Assembly (NCBI GenBank): GCA_028691405.1
Contig: JAQUZI010000001.1
Span: forward strand, 6,015-33,648
Origin: Minisyncoccota bacterium
GTDB lineage: Bacteria; Patescibacteriota; Minisyncoccia; UBA6257; JAKLIH01
Reading direction: 5' to 3'
DNA length: 27,634 nt
A program made the translations under genes and the position numbers. Under the pieces are notes generated by a model, which saw nothing but the letters and a program-made list of their open reading frames with translations, was not told the DNA's origin and did not search any database. Shown in pieces: positions 1 through 8,877 of this stretch (within the stretch, counting starts at the first letter, position 1; the number at the start of each line of letters is the position of its first letter).

Positions 1-66
1 ACTGGTGAAGAATGTATTTCTGGCGATCAAGATATAATTTTCTATTTCGAGAATTATTCCGAATAA
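1..66 (+). CDS. 3' end of an upstream gene, product unknown (partial)
   Basis: Frame 1 reads TGEECISGDQDIIFYFENYSE then TAA at 64-66, followed by a terminator. Too short to identify. Confidence 0.5.
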   Translation, partial: TGEECISGDQDIIFYFENYSE

Positions 67-77
67 AATTGAATAGG

Positions 78-109
78 AAACTCTCTGTGGTAACACAGGG
101 AGTTTTTTT
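78..109 (+). terminator. Intrinsic terminator
   Basis: Stem aaactctctgtg/cacagggagttt (one G-U), GTAA loop, followed by a T-tract. Confidence 0.85.
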
Positions 110-115
110 ATTGTA

Positions 116-144
116 TTGACAATTCAAGAATGATTTGATAGTAT
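116..144 (+). promoter_or_regulatory. Sigma70-type promoter with extended -10
   Basis: TTGACA (116-121), 17-nt spacer, TG at 136-137, TAGTAT (139-144). Confidence 0.7.
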
Positions 145-149
145 TTGGT

Positions 150-304
150 TGTGCAGATCTCTGCACATTTGTACATTTTAATTTTAACTAGACAATGTAG
201 GGCTATTGTCTAGTTAACAAACTTAAAACTTATTAGCCAATTCGTGTATCGTGTTATACCAAAACCGCCAAGACCTTAGGGTTATATGTCTTGGCGGTAT
301 TTTA
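150..304 (+). ncRNA. Candidate small RNA or structured leader
   Basis: Lies between the promoter at 116-144 and an 11-bp terminator-like hairpin (264-298). Contains hairpins at 150-167 and 184-217 (13 bp). No credible ORF. Confidence 0.45.
264..304 (+). terminator. Intrinsic terminator-like hairpin
   Basis: accgccaagac (264-274) pairs with gtcttggcggt (288-298), followed by attttatt. Confidence 0.7.
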
Positions 305-333
305 TTGACTTTTACTATCAGATATGATAATAT
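305..333 (+). promoter_or_regulatory. Probable str operon (rpsL) promoter, extended -10
   Basis: TTGACT (305-310), 17-nt spacer, TG at 325-326, TAATAT (328-333). Confidence 0.7.
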
Positions 334-461
334 TTAATTACCTATACAATAGGGTTATGTTAACGTGCTAAGACATAATTTATTTTACAAAATGGCTTTG
401 TAAAATATGTATTTTTATATATTTTATTAAAATATTTAATTAATTTTTAAGTTTTTGACAT

Positions 462-875
462 ATGCCAACTATTAACCAATTGGTCAAAAAAGGAAGAAAA
501 GTTATTACTAAAAAAGCTAATGCTCGTGCATTAAAGAATAGTTTTAATATCAAAAAGAACAAGCCTTCTTTTTATGACGCACCATTTAAAAAAGGTGTTT
601 GTACAAAAGTATTTACTACTACACCTAAAAAACCAAACTCAGCTTTACGTAAAGTTGCTCGTGTTAAATTATCTAATGGCGAAGAAGTAACCGCCTATAT
701 CCCTGGTATTGGCCACAATCTTCAAGAACACTCTGTTGTTTTAGTAAGAGGTGGTCGCGTAAAAGACTTGCCAGGTGTTCGTTATCACATTGTTCGTGCT
801 AAATATGACACCACTGGTGTTGAAGGTCGCAAGCAACAAAGAAGCAAATACGGTGCTAAAAAGGAAAAGAAATAA
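462..875 (+). CDS. rpsL: 30S ribosomal protein S12
   Basis: [33 protein letters not shown] motifs. Confidence 0.99.
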   Translation: MPTINQLVKKGRKVITKKANARALKNSFNIKKNKPSFYDAPFKKGVCTKVFTTTPKKPNSALRKVARVKLSNGEEVTAYIPGIGHNLQEHSVVLVRGGRVKDLPGVRYHIVRAKYDTTGVEGRKQQRSKYGAKKEKK

Positions 876-904
876 CCTTTTAATTAATTTTAAAATTTAT
901 TAAT

Positions 905-1369
905 ATGGATCTTATCGTTGATGAAAAAAAATATAAAGCTGATGGTAAATACAAAAGCCCTATTGTAACTAAATTAATCAATATGATTATGGAGTGTGGT
1001 AAAAAAACCATTGCTCGTAGAAATATTTATAAAATGATTGATATTCTTGAACAAAAAACCAAAAATGATGGGTTATTTGTTTTAGAAACAGCTTTAAAAA
1101 ATGTTGGGCCAACGCTTGAAGTTAAAAGTAAAAGAATTGGTGGTGCTAACTATCAAGTTCCTGTTATTGTTTCAGGTCAAAGACGCTTAACTTTAGCTAT
1201 GAGATGAATTATTGATTTTTCTCGTTCTCAAAAAGGAAAACCAATAAGTGAAAAATTAGCTAATGAAATAATTGCAGCTTTTAGAGGTGAAGGTAATGCC
1301 ATTAAGAAAAAACAAAATGTTCATAAAATGGCTGAAGCTAATAAAGCCTTTGCTCATTTTGGCAGATAA
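905..1369 (+). CDS. rpsG: 30S ribosomal protein S7 (154 aa; TGA 1205-1207 = Trp)
   Basis: RIGGANYQVP, LAMR-W-II, HKMAEANKAFAHF; stop TAA at 1367-1369. Confidence 0.97.
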
Positions 1370-1400
1370 TATATTTTAACAAATATTTAAAAATTTAATC

Positions 1401-3518
1401 ATGTCTCAAGAATATCCTCTTGAAAAAATACGTAATATTGGTATTATTGCTCATATTGATGCTGGTAAAACAACTACATCAGAACGTATTTTGTTTTATA
1501 CTGGTCTTTCTCATAAAATTGGAGAAGTTCATGAAGGCGCAGCTGTTATGGACTGGATGGAACAAGAAAGAGAAAGAGGTATTACTATTACCTCAGCTGC
1601 TACTACTTGTTTTTGAACAACAAGTTATAGAAATAATGATGAAAATTATAAATATAAAATCAATGTTATTGATACTCCCGGACATATTGACTTTACCGCT
1701 GAAGTTCAACGCTCTTTGCGTGTTTTAGACGGTGCTGTTGTTGTTTTTGACGGTGTTGCTGGCGTTGAGCCTCAATCAGAAACTGTTTGAAGACAAGCAG
1801 ATAAATATTTAGTCCCTCGCTTATGTTTTGTCAATAAACTTGATCGTATGGGTGCTGATTTTGACAATGATTTAAATATGATCAAAGAACGTTTAACTCC
1901 TAATGCTGTTGCTTTAACTATTCCAGTTGGCAAAGAGGCTAATTTTGAAGGTGTTATCGATTTGATTAGAATGAAAAAAGTTAATTTTGAAGGTCAACTT
2001 GGTGAGAAATTAGTATTATCTGACATTCCAGAAGATATGAAAGAAATATCTCAAAAGAGAAGAGATGAATTGATTGAAAAAATTGCAACAGAAGACGACT
2101 CCTTAATGGAAAGATATTTAAATGGAGATACCAATTTTACCGAAGAAGAATTAAGAGCATCTTTAAGAAAATCAGTTATTGATTATAAAATTGTTCCTGT
2201 TTTATGTGGTTCTGCATTTAAAAACAAAGGTGTTCAATTAATGCTAGACGCTGTTGTTGACTTTTTACCAAGTCCATTAGATGTTAAACCCGTTGAAGGA
2301 GATAATCTTAAAGGTGAAACCATTGTTCGTAAGGCAGATGAAAAAGAGCCATTTTCTGCTTTAGTATTTAAAATTGCTACCGATCCATATGTTGGTACAT
2401 TATCATTTTTCCGTGTTTATTCTGGTAGATTAACCAAAGGTTCTTATTTATTAAATTCAAATAAAAACAGTCAAGAGAGAATTGGTCGTATTCTCCGTAT
2501 GTTTTCTAGCAAAAGAGAAGACATAGATGATATTGAAGCTGGTGATATTGCTGCTACTGTTGGTTTAAAAAATACCAAAACAGGTGATACATTGTGTGAT
2601 CCAGATCATCCAATTGTTTTAGAAAACATTTCTTTTCCTGATCCAGTTATTTGATTGAAAGTTGAACCTAAGACTAAAAGCGACCAAGATAAAATGGGGG
2701 AAGCTTTGAAAAAATTATCTGATGAAGACCCTACCTTCCAAATTAAAACTGACGAGGAAACCAATGATACTATTATTGGTGGTATGGGTGAATTACATCT
2801 TGATATTTTAATTGATCGTATGAAACGCGAATTTAATGTTGAACTTAACTCTGGTAAGCCACAAGTTGCTTATCGAGAAACAATCAATGGTACAGCTGAA
2901 GCTGAAGGTAAATATATTCGTCAATCTGGTGGTAAAGGCCAATATGGTCATGTTTGATTAAGAGTTGAACCACTTGAAAGAGGCAAAGGCTTTGAGTTTG
3001 TTAGCCAAATTAAAGGTGGTGTTATTCCACAAGAATTTATTTCTTCAGTTGAAAAAGGATCTAAAGAAGCTACTGATAAAGGTATTTTAGCTAATTACCC
3101 AATGTCTGATTTAAGAGTTACTCTTTATGATGGATCTTTCCATGACGTTGACTCATCTGATTTTGCTTTTAAAATTGCCGCTTCTATGGCTTTTCAAGAT
3201 GCAGCTAAAAAAGCTCAACCAGCTATTCTTGAGCCAATTATGAAATTAGAAGTAACTACTCCAGAAAACTTTTTAGGTGATGTTATTGGTGATATTAATT
3301 CCAAACGTGGACGTATTGAAAAAATGGATGAACGCATGGGGTTACGTATTGTTGATTCATTAGTTCCACTTTCAGAGATGTTTGGTTATGCAACCAATTT
3401 AAGATCATTTACTGAAGGTAGAGGTACATTTAGTATGGAATTCCATAGTTACCAAGAGGTTCCAAAAAATATTGCTGAGGATATTATTTCTAAAAGAAAA
3501 CCAACTGCAAAAGAATAA
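1401..3518 (+). CDS. fusA: Elongation factor G (705 aa; 4 TGA = Trp)
   Basis: [48 protein letters not shown]. One continuous frame when TGA at 1614, 1788, 2652 and 2955 is read through. Confidence 0.98.
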
Positions 3519-3525
3519 ACGATAG

Positions 3526-3554
3526 CTCCGCAAGAATTTTTAATTCTTGCGGAG
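3526..3554 (+). terminator. Perfect 12-bp hairpin after fusA; possible terminator or processing stem
   Basis: ctccgcaagaat/attcttgcggag. No clean U-tract immediately after. Confidence 0.55.
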
Positions 3555-3615
3555 TCTCATTGTTTATTTTCAAAAAATTTGGTTTAATTTAAATATATAT
3601 TTAAATATATTTATT

Positions 3616-4386
3616 ATGGCAAACAAAAAAGAAAAAATTCTTGAAAAAGATTCAAAAATTTATAGGATTATTCAAATAGAAGATATGATATATCGATTTT
3701 TAAGTAATCGTGGAAAATTTAATTTAAACTTAAAGTTTAAAGATAAAGAACAAGAAAAAATTTTTTCGGATATATGTAAAAATATATGCTTAAGATTAAA
3801 TGCTTTTGAACCAAGAGAAGAAAAAGATGTTGTTCCTCCTGTTATTGCAAATGCAGCTATAGAAATAGAAAAATTAATCCCTGAAGAAGAGAAAATATCT
3901 GAAAAAAGATTTATTATTACTTTTATTCAATGAGCTAAAAAAGATTTATTTAAAAAAAGATATCTTAAACCTGTTCCTTGAGAGATTATAGATAAAGTTA
4001 ATAAGGCAAGAGAATTTGAAACAGGAACAAAAAATTTAAAAACAACATACGATATACTTGATGAATATCAATCAGATTTAAAAGAAATTATAGAAAGTGG
4101 TAGAAGTATTTCAAGTATTGCTAGGGAATTAGGTATGGACTTACAACAATTTTATTTATATGCCAAAAAAAGAGGACCTGAATGAAATATCTGTCCAGCT
4201 TACAGTAAAATTAAAATTGATAATATCGAAGAAGCTAAAGAATACATCATGAATAATAGTATGAAGGCAATGGCAGAGAGGTTAGGATGTTCTGCATCTT
4301 GCTTGTCTACCTATATGAAAAAAAATTACCCAGAAATAGCAGAGGAAATTAAAAAGCACAGAAGCAAAAGAAAAAAGAAAAACTAA
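3616..4386 (+). CDS. Hypothetical protein with two C-terminal HTH-like motifs, paralog A (256 aa; 3 TGA = Trp)
   Basis: Open frame with TGA read-through. HTH-like GRSISSIARELGMDLQQFYLY and SMKAMAERLGCSASCLSTYMKK. Aligns end to end with the next ORF. Confidence 0.85.
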
Positions 4387-4402
4387 TTTAAATATATGTA
4401 TT

Positions 4403-5182
4403 ATGAAAAATAAAGAACAATGCATTTTAAATCCAGAATCCAAAGTTAACAGAATCCTTAAAATAGAAGACATATTATATAGATTTGTTAATAAGCGAGG
4501 AAGTTTTGATTGAAAAATTGCTTTTAAAAATGAAAATCAAAAAAAATTGTTTTCAAAGATTTGCAACCAAATATATATGCGATTAAATGCTTTTGAACCA
4601 AGCGAAGAAAAGGATACTGTTCCGCCAACAATTGTAGATGCAGCTGTAGAAATAGAAAAGCTAATTTCTAAAAGAGAAAAAATATCTAGTGAATCTTTTA
4701 CCTCAGCTTTTATTAAATGAGCTAAAGTGTTTTTATCAAAAAAAGATGTCACTAAATCAATACCCAAGGATCTTATAGAAAAAATTCGTTATATAAATTC
4801 AATACCTGGTAAACAACGTGAGATAAAAGCAAAAACATATGCAGTTCTTGATGAATATTGAAATTATTTAGAAGAAAGTATAAAAAGCGGAAAGAGTATA
4901 AAAGGTATTGCTAAAGAGCTAGGTATTACCAGAAAAAGGATGGAGCTATATATTAAAAATACTCATCCAGATATTGCAGATTGTTTTAAGTATAATCCTA
5001 TTAAAATAGATGATATTAATAAAGTTGCTAAAAAAATTGCTGATGATGGTATGAATGCAGCTGCAAGGGAAATTGGCTGCTCTCGCTCTGGCTTATATGA
5101 TTTAATGCACAAACAATATCCAGAAATAATGGCAAAAATTAATGATGCAAGAAATAATAAAAGCCAGCAAAACCTTAGCTAA
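4403..5182 (+). CDS. Hypothetical protein with two C-terminal HTH-like motifs, paralog B (259 aa; 3 TGA = Trp)
   Basis: HTH-like GKSIKGIAKELGITRKRMELY and GMNAAAREIGCSRSGLYDLMHK. Shares RLNAFEPxEEKDxVPP and EIEKLI with paralog A. Confidence 0.85.
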
Positions 5183-5183
5183 T

Positions 5184-5212
5184 TTGACAAGTTAAAAATA
5201 AAATGCTATAAT
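5184..5212 (+). promoter_or_regulatory. Perfect-consensus sigma70 promoter with extended -10
   Basis: TTGACA (5184-5189), 17-nt spacer, TG at 5204-5205, TATAAT (5207-5212). Confidence 0.85.
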
Positions 5213-5218
5213 GAACAT

Positions 5219-5462
5219 ATCTAACAACAGCAATGAGTGTGAATAGCAAAGTATTTGTTTATTCAAGCGAGAACATAAATTTGTATTATAAATATGAATT
5301 TTGTTGTCGCAAGAATTACTTGACGACAGTTGTACTTTTTACCTCGTCTACGTAGTGTGAACAAAATAGTTTGTTTTTGAAAGACGAGCAAATACCAAGC
5401 TATTTCCTTGATAAGAGGGGGATTCATTTACCCCTATCAAGGTCACACTCTTAGCTGTTGAC
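5219..5462 (+). ncRNA. Unassigned structured RNA candidate (~240 nt)
   Basis: 5' and 3' ends pair (5225-5231/5454-5460 and 5235-5242/5443-5450), enclosing further helices: 5243-5247/5399-5403, 5251-5257/5389-5395, 5305-5313/5319-5328, 5343-5349/5382-5388, 5406-5413/5435-5442, 5417-5420/5431-5434. Starts just after a consensus promoter. Confidence 0.7.
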
Positions 5463-5469
5463 AAAGGTA

Positions 5470-5498
5470 TTGACTATTTTTATTCTATATGATAATAT
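5470..5498 (+). promoter_or_regulatory. Probable tuf-rpsJ promoter, extended -10
   Basis: TTGACT (5470-5475), 17-nt spacer, TG at 5490-5491, TAATAT (5493-5498). Same ATATGATAATAT core as the rpsL promoter. Confidence 0.7.
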
Positions 5499-5589
5499 AT
5501 GAATGCTTTAAGAAACTTAATAAATTTATTAAGTTTGGTTGAATTGGCTTCAACTAATAATTTTTATAAAAAAATATTAAAAAAAAATT

Positions 5590-6789
5590 ATGGCAGAAAA
5601 AGAAAAATTTGTGCGCTCCAAGCCACATATGAATGTTGGTACAATTGGTCACGTTGATCATGGAAAAACAACATTAACAGCCGCTATCTTAAATACTCTT
5701 TTCTTAAAGGGTACGATTAAAAAATCATCTAATGTTGATGAAATTGATAAAGCTCCAGAAGAAAAAGCTCGTGGTATTACTATTAACGTTCATCACTCAG
5801 AATATGAAACAGACAATCGTCACTATGCTCATATTGACTGTCCAGGTCACGTTGACTACATTAAGAACATGATTACTGGTTCAGCTCAAATGGATGGTGC
5901 TATCTTAGTTGTTTCAGCTGCTGATGGTCCTATGCCTCAAACCAGAGAGCACATTCTTCTTGCTCGTCAAGTTGGTGTTCCTGCATTAGTTGTTTTCTTA
6001 AACAAAACTGATATGGTTTCTGATCCTGAATTAATTGATTTAGTTGAAGCAGAAATCCGTGATTTATTAACAAAATATGAATTCCCAGGCGATGAAATCC
6101 CTATAATTCGTGGATCCGCCTTAAAAGCTACCGAAGCAACATCTTTTGAAGATGAACATGTTCAAGCTGTTATGAAATTATTGGATGCCGTTGATACATA
6201 CTTCCCAACTCCAGAACGTGATACTGACAAACCATTTGTTATGCCAATTGAAGATATCTTTACAATTGAAGGCCGTGGTACCGTTGTTACTGGTAGAATT
6301 GAAAGAGGTATGGTAAAAGTCAATGATGAAGCTGACATTGTTGGTTATGAACCAACAACTAAGACTGTTGTTACTGGCGTTGAAATGTTCAACAAGAGCA
6401 TGGAAGATGCTCAAGCTGGTGATAACGTTGGCTTATTATTACGTGGTATTAAAAAAGAAAATATTCGTCGTGGCCAAGTTATTGCTAAACCAGGATCACT
6501 TACACCACATACTGAATTCGAAGCTGAAGTTTTTGTTTTGTCACAAGATGAAGGTGGTAGACATACTCCATTCTTCTCTGGTTACAAACCACAATTCTTT
6601 ATTCGTACTGCTGATGTTACCGGTGATGTTACTTTAGCTGAAGGCGTTCAAATGGTTATGCCTGGTGATACAGCAACCTTTAAGATCAAATTAATCGCTC
6701 CAGTTGCTTTAGAAGAAAAACAAAGATTTGCTATCCGTGAAGGAGGTAAAACTATTGGCGCTGGTGTTGTAACAAAAATTATTGCCTAA
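5590..6789 (+). CDS. tuf: Elongation factor Tu
   Basis: [37 protein letters not shown]. Confidence 0.99.
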   Translation: MAEKEKFVRSKPHMNVGTIGHVDHGKTTLTAAILNTLFLKGTIKKSSNVDEIDKAPEEKARGITINVHHSEYETDNRHYAHIDCPGHVDYIKNMITGSAQMDGAILVVSAADGPMPQTREHILLARQVGVPALVVFLNKTDMVSDPELIDLVEAEIRDLLTKYEFPGDEIPIIRGSALKATEATSFEDEHVQAVMKLLDAVDTYFPTPERDTDKPFVMPIEDIFTIEGRGTVVTGRIERGMVKVNDEADIVGYEPTTKTVVTGVEMFNKSMEDAQAGDNVGLLLRGIKKENIRRGQVIAKPGSLTPHTEFEAEVFVLSQDEGGRHTPFFSGYKPQFFIRTADVTGDVTLAEGVQMVMPGDTATFKIKLIAPVALEEKQRFAIREGGKTIGAGVVTKIIA

Positions 6790-6799
6790 ACTCAAATAA

Positions 6800-7123
6800 A
6801 TGACTAACAGTACCTTAAATAAAACTAAAATTAGAATTAGATTAAAATCATACGATCACCACTTGGTTGATAATTCTTGTAAACAAATTATTGATATCGC
6901 TTTGCGTAGTGGCGCTAGTGTGGTTGGTCCAATATTGCTTCCAACAGAAAAAAAGAAATATTCAGTTAATCGCGCTACTTTTGTTAAAAAGAAATCCCAA
7001 GAACAATTTGAAATCAGAGTTCACAAAAGATTAATTGATGTTGTTAATTCTAATAGTAAAACTATTGAATCTTTGACAAACCTTAATTTACCTGCTGGAG
7101 TTGAAGCTGAAATCAAAACTTAA
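6800..7123 (+). CDS. rpsJ: 30S ribosomal protein S10
   Basis: IRIRLKSYDH, GPILLPT, EQFEIRVHKRLID, LPAGV. Confidence 0.98.
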   Translation: MTNSTLNKTKIRIRLKSYDHHLVDNSCKQIIDIALRSGASVVGPILLPTEKKKYSVNRATFVKKKSQEQFEIRVHKRLIDVVNSNSKTIESLTNLNLPAGVEAEIKT

Positions 7124-7132
7124 CATTCAAAG

Positions 7133-7154
7133 AACTGAGTTTTCTCAGTTTTTT
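7133..7154 (+). terminator. Intrinsic terminator-like hairpin between rpsJ and rplC
   Basis: aactgag-tttt-ctcagtt followed by tttt. Confidence 0.6.
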
Positions 7155-7203
7155 GATGACAAGCCTTTTAAAAATTTTTTAAATACATTAAACTTTTAAG
7201 ATC

Positions 7204-7824
7204 ATGTCTTTCATATTAGCCGAAAAAATAAAAATGACACAATTGCCAGATGAAACAGTCGGAGCTATTCCTGTAACTGTTGTTGAAGCTGGCCCTATGA
7301 TTGTTATTCAAATTAAAACCGAAGAAAAAGAAGGGTATAATGCAATTGTTTGTGGTTTTCAATCTAGAAGAAGATTATCAAAAGCAGTTATGTCTGCTCT
7401 TAAAAAATTATTAGGAGAAAAAGCCCAAACTTTTAAATATATCCGTGAATTTAGAGTTGAAGATCCTTCTAAGTTTAATGTTGGTGATGAAATAACAGCT
7501 GATATTTTTAAAGAAGGGGATGCTGTTCAAGTGCAAGGTATTACCAAAGCTAAAGGGTTTCAAGGCGTTGTTAAAAGATATAATTTTCGTGGTGCGTCTA
7601 AAACACATGGAACCAAGCACGCATTAAGACAACCAGGCTCAATTGGCGACACAGGAATTCAAAGAGTTGCCAAAGGTAAAAAAATGGCTGGTAGAATGGG
7701 TGGAAAAACTCATTCTATGATAAATGTTAAAGTTGTAAAAATTGATAAAGAAAACAATTTAATATTTGTTAGAGGCTCAATTCCTGGCAGAAACAAAACT
7801 CTTCTTAAAATTATTTCTAAATAA
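7204..7824 (+). CDS. rplC: 50S ribosomal protein L3
   Basis: PVTVVEAG, KAKGFQGVVKRYNF, RQPGSIG, KGKKMAGRMG. Confidence 0.98.
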   Translation: MSFILAEKIKMTQLPDETVGAIPVTVVEAGPMIVIQIKTEEKEGYNAIVCGFQSRRRLSKAVMSALKKLLGEKAQTFKYIREFRVEDPSKFNVGDEITADIFKEGDAVQVQGITKAKGFQGVVKRYNFRGASKTHGTKHALRQPGSIGDTGIQRVAKGKKMAGRMGGKTHSMINVKVVKIDKENNLIFVRGSIPGRNKTLLKIISK

Positions 7825-7829
7825 ATACT

Positions 7830-8477
7830 ATGAAATTAGATGTTAAAAATCAAAAAAATGAAGTAATTGAGCAAATTGAACTTAATGATAGTATTTTTAA
7901 TGTAAAGTTCAATCCAGACACAGTTCACCAAGTTTATACTTCAATGTTAAGCAATCGCCGTCAACCTTTAGCTTGCACCAAAGACAGATCAGAAGTTTCT
8001 GGTGGTGGTAAAAAACCATGAAGACAAAAAGGAACAGGTAGAGCTAGAGTTGGATCTAATAGATCTCCTCTTTGAAGACACGGTGGTGTTACTTTTGGCC
8101 CTAGACAAAATGAAGCTAATTTCAAAAGGGCAATCAACAAAAAGATGAAACAAAAAGCTTTAGCTATGGTTTTAAGCGCAAAGATAAAAGACAATGAATT
8201 GATTATTATCGATAAAATAGATTTGAAAGAAGATAAAACCAAAGAAATGAATAATGTTATGAGTAATTTTGTTGATATCAAGAAAAAGAATAATAGCTTA
8301 GCCTACATTATTGTTGATAATGGTAGTAAAAGCATTGTTCGTGCTTCTCGCAATATTCCTTTTATTTTTACAACTGTTGATAACTCAATTGATTTAGTAA
8401 CTTTATTGAACTACAAATATGTTATCATTCTAAAAGACTCGATTGAAAATATATCAAAAACAATTAAAAAAGATTAA
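7830..8477 (+). CDS. rplD: 50S ribosomal protein L4 (TGA 8019 and 8073 = Trp)
   Basis: [37 protein letters not shown]. Confidence 0.98.
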
Positions 8478-8486
8478 AACGATTTT

Positions 8487-8876
8487 ATGTCACCTCTATT
8501 TGGTAAAAAAACAACAAAAAAAGAAGAAAAATCAAAACAAGAAGTAGTAGAAAGTAAAAAAGATGTTGATATTAAAGATGTTGATCTTTCAAATTTAAAA
8601 TTTGATACATATTTGCAGCCATATATTACTGAAAAAACAAATGATTTATCTACTCAAAATAAATACGTTTTCTTAGTTTTGAAAAGGATGAATAAAGTTA
8701 TGATAAAACGTCTAGTTGAAAAAAATTATAAAGTCAAAGTTGATAAAGTTAATGTTATATTCTTAACTGTTAGTCCGAAGAGACTTGGTTATATTAAACC
8801 AAAATCTCGTAAAGGTGGTTATAAAAAAGCCATTGTTACTCTTAAACCAGGTTATAAAATTGATTTAGCTATATAA
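8487..8876 (+). CDS. rplW: 50S ribosomal protein L23 with N-terminal extension
   Basis: PYITEKT, NKYVFLV, YKVKVDKVN, YKKAIVTLKPG; operon position. Confidence 0.93.
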   Translation: MSPLFGKKTTKKEEKSKQEVVESKKDVDIKDVDLSNLKFDTYLQPYITEKTNDLSTQNKYVFLVLKRMNKVMIKRLVEKNYKVKVDKVNVIFLTVSPKRLGYIKPKSRKGGYKKAIVTLKPGYKIDLAI

Positions 8877-8877
8877 T

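Noticed and set aside
3547-3615. Upstream TTG start for paralog A given in the ORF track
   Set aside because: It lies inside the post-fusA hairpin. ATG 3616 aligns with paralog B's start and shares its upstream sequence.
5233-5355. 40-codon ORF (MSVNSKVFVY..TSST) inside the structured RNA, as in a type I toxin mRNA or leader peptide
   Set aside because: No TM-like segment or recognisable motif, and the ATG is buried in the closing helix. Not supported, though ribosome profiling could revive it.
5219-5462. Identification as RNase P RNA, tmRNA, SRP RNA, T-box or hammerhead
   Set aside because: Their diagnostic sequence motifs are not visible on either strand.
3519-5589. Insert as an IS element or prophage remnant
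   Set aside because: No transposase or integrase motif, terminal inverted repeats or target duplication seen. TGA-Trp usage matches the host.
5590-6789. EF-Tu contains no Trp codon, suggesting TGA avoidance in highly expressed genes
   Set aside because: EF-Tu normally has at most one or two Trp, and equally abundant r-proteins and EF-G use TGA freely.
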